A stretch of DNA of 64,000 nt from Basidiobolus meristosporus CBS 931.73 (lineage: Eukaryota; Fungi; Basidiobolomycota). The stretch covers positions 50,986-114,985 of the forward strand of contig MCFE01000247.1 of assembly GCA_002104905.1 (NCBI GenBank), read 5' to 3'. A program made the translations under genes and the position numbers. Shown one piece after another: positions 61,098-64,000 of the stretch (positions are counted from its first letter, which is position 1; every line of letters starts with the position of its first letter). Below the pieces are notes generated by a model, which saw nothing but the letters and a program-made list of their open reading frames with translations, was not told where the DNA came from and did not search any database.

Positions 61098-64000
61098 TAG
61101 GGGGAGACAGTCACCAACAGGTGAAATCTTTATTTCAATTGAAACAAAGAAGCCAGCGCTACTGTTGTAGCTTTGATACAAGAGTGTGTAGCTGAGGGGA
61201 ATTTGTAGGTAAGTTAATAAGAAGTGATGATAGTTCTTCAGTGCTCAAGACACTGTTCAGTGGGAAGGGGGGTAGCAAGAGAGGTAAGAATGACTTGTGA
61301 ACAACATTAATGAGGGGAATGTGATAAGGATTGATATTCATCATAAAGGGAGTGTGCTGCTGCAGATATTGCTGCCAAAGGTCTGTCAAGTACTTCAGGT
61401 AGGCCAGCTTGGGTTTTTCTGACTGCAGAATAAATTCAGCAAACTTCTTGACTTCAGGATCTCCAAGTATAGTTCTCCAGCAGGAGCCAGGTGTTGTGTG
61501 GTGTGTTCTCTTCCAGGCCTTAATCAGTGGGTTGTTGCAGTTGTGAAGTCTGAGGTATAATCTGGTTCTTAAGGTAGAGAAGTCTGATCTTATAGGGCAT
61601 AAACCCAAAAGCACCAAGAATAGCATGTCTGTAGGGGCATTCAGGCAAATGAGGCACCAAGGAGGTAATGCACCATACTGCAAACTTGTCAAGCTTAGTG
61701 CAGTCTCTAGAAGTAAGAGAGAGAAGTGGTAAGCCAAATTCCAGGACAGGGAAGACAAACTGCTTGAGTAGAAGGAGGCAGCTGGGAGCTGAAGTTGTAG
61801 GAGGAGTAACAGCCAGTAGCTTGTGGAGTGCCTGTCTTGCTAGGATAATTCTCTTCTTCAGGTGTGCTCCAGAGTCTAGTCCAGTAGGAAGGAAAGGAAA
61901 GCCAAGATATGTAGCAGAAACCTGAGCAGGTAGAGTGGAGTTCTCCAAGTTGATGGGAGTGCCCAAAGGTACTGTCTTTGCAATGGAAAGCTGGAGATTA
62001 TTCTTCTGCAGATACTGGTGGATGGTCTGGGAGTCTTGTTGCACATTGGAGGAGGATATTCTGATGTCATCAGCAAAGAGAGTAACCAGGCAGTCAGCTG
62101 AGAGTCTTGGGAAATCATTCAGGAAGATGGCAAACAGTATAGGACCAAGCACAGAGCCTTGAACCACTCCATTAGGAACTGAGAACACTGGTGATTGCTC
62201 ACTTGGGTGCAGAATTCTTGCTTGTGGATCCAGAAACAGAGACCTGACAAGGAGGGTGAGAGAGGTACTGGAGAAGCATTGCAACTTGGACCAAAGCAGA
62301 TTTCTGTCAACTGAATCAAAGGCCTTAGTAATATCAAACAGAACAGAGGGATACTTGCACTGGAGAGAGTGATCTTGGCTAAGTATGACTGCATATTCCA
62401 AGGAGAGGCCAGGAACAAAGCCAAACTGTGCAGGATGAAACTTGAGGGAGTCAGAGTAGAGCTCCTGAGCAAGCAGAAGCTCAAACACCTTTCTGCAGGT
62501 GGGCAGCAGAGATATTGGCCTGTAGGAGCTAGGATCCAGGTGCTTTCCTTTACCCTTGTACAGTGGCAGAACATTTGCAAAGGACCATTCCTCAGGAGTA
62601 GAAAGCTGGGCTGAGCATTGCTGAAACAGTGGAAGCAGAAGTGCAGACATGGCCTTGGTACTAGTCTTCAGAAGCTCATAGGAGATTGTGTCCACACCTG
62701 GAGCAGTAGAGTTGGGAAGCCTCTTGAGCACATTATGGATTCTCTCTTGATCAAGTGCAAGTGGGATGGGCAGAGTCTTGAAGTCAGGATGAAAGCCAGG
62801 AGTTGAGTACTGCTTTGTAGAGAAGAAGATGTTAGCCAGCTGTTCTGTTGAAGGTAACTTCCTGGAAGAGGGCCTCATTGCCCTGTAGAGTCTTGATACT
62901 GTTCTTGTTATAGAGTTGGAAGATTGCAGAGGCAAGGAACTCATAATATGATCCCAGAGCTGAGTATGCAGAGTGTGGTGAATTGCCTTGGAGTGGTGTA
63001 TTGCTGTCAGGAGGAGTTTCTCTGTTTTTGGGTTAGGGAAACTCAGGTAGCTTTGTTGCAGGGCTGAAACAATGGATTCCCATTTTCTTGAGGTAACAGC
63101 AGTAGTCTTGCATGGCAGTGAGAGGGAGGCAGACACCAGAATCAGATGCTTCACAAAGAGCCAGGCATAGTTGAGATCATCTGGCAGAGAAAGTAGCAAA
63201 CTGGCAAGCTTCAAGTAGTTCCCAAAGTCTTTCTTCTGATTCTTGGTAGCTTTGTGGGTGAGCACAGTAAGTTTTGGCAGCTTCTTCTTCACAACTGGTT
63301 GCATAGAAAGGGACCAGGCTGGGTGGTCAGAGGCTCTCAAGGATCCTAGCTCAGCTCCAGAGAATTGCTTAACTTCATTCACAAAGTAGAGGGCAGCAGC
63401 AGAAGGGCAGATCCAGTCAACACATCTTTTCTCAGATTGAGCACCTAGTGCTAGCAGATGGCTTTCTCTCAGGAAGTTCAGTAGGAATGTAGACCTTGGC
63501 TTCATTCTTGCAGTCAGAGTAGTCTTGTTCTCAGGATGGGGAATGTTGAGATCTCCAAGCAAGATAACAGGTGTTGATATAGATTGCTGGTATTGCTGAA
63601 CCTTCTGGCATATAACTTGCACTTCCTGAAGGGCAAGACTTGGAGGCAGATAGCAGAGCACCAGACTGATAGTTGGCAACTGGAGAGCAGCACAGTAAGG
63701 GGAGTAAAGAGGAACACAGAGCTGAGGAGTATTGATGGTAGAAGAGATGAAGCAGATAGAGGAGGTATTCTTTGTTCTAGGAGTAGAAAAGCAATATAGA
63801 TTAGTCAAAAGTATAGAGGGTAGCTGGACATCAATCAAACACAGGAGGGAAAATCTTGAAAGAAGTCTCTCTAGAGTTGGTCTTGATGGCTGTATGCTGT
63901 TGCAGTTAAGCAACAGAACTTCAGGTAGTCAGGCAGAGATTGTAGCTTCTTCAGAGGCAGCATTGACAATGTGACCTGCAGAGTCCCAGAGCTCTTCAAA
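61098..64000 (-). mobile_element. LINE family A copy 2 (complete EN+RT region; +1 frameshift near 61570; continues beyond the window)
   Basis: ORF 61520-63913 (LLNCNS...CLIDVQ...LCYLPPS...GDLN...SDH...GVVQGSVLGP...LFADD) plus 61159-61758. GGTTCTTAAGG versus GGTTCTAAGG in copy 1. Confidence 0.93.

Overview
Eukaryotic, fungal-type genomic DNA, probably from an early-diverging fungus. This is an inference from the gene set: verprolin, an SPX-type phosphate transporter, CigA-like O-fucosyltransferases, a U11/U12-20K/ZMAT5 homologue and a Myb+MPN protein, with short GT-AG introns. About 9-47.5 kb is gene-dense (about 17 genes, including four intronless UNC-93-like MFS paralogues arranged <- -> -> <-). 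It is flanked by CpG-depleted repeat zones. The left zone (1-6.2 kb) holds nested Ty1/copia elements with a Ty5-type half-tRNAiMet PBS. The right zone (54.7-64 kb) holds a copia LTR cluster followed by a head-to-tail array of six non-LTR retroelement units: two APE+RT LINE families and a tRNA-headed SINE. The array is the most striking structure. All six units have the same orientation, end in the same double-hairpin 3' motif plus a CCCTAA-like tail, and are joined through short TTAGG/TTAGGG tracts. This suggests telomere-repeat-primed or tail-targeted retrotransposition of a LINE/SINE consortium. All calls were made by eye without database searches, and exon boundaries are approximate.
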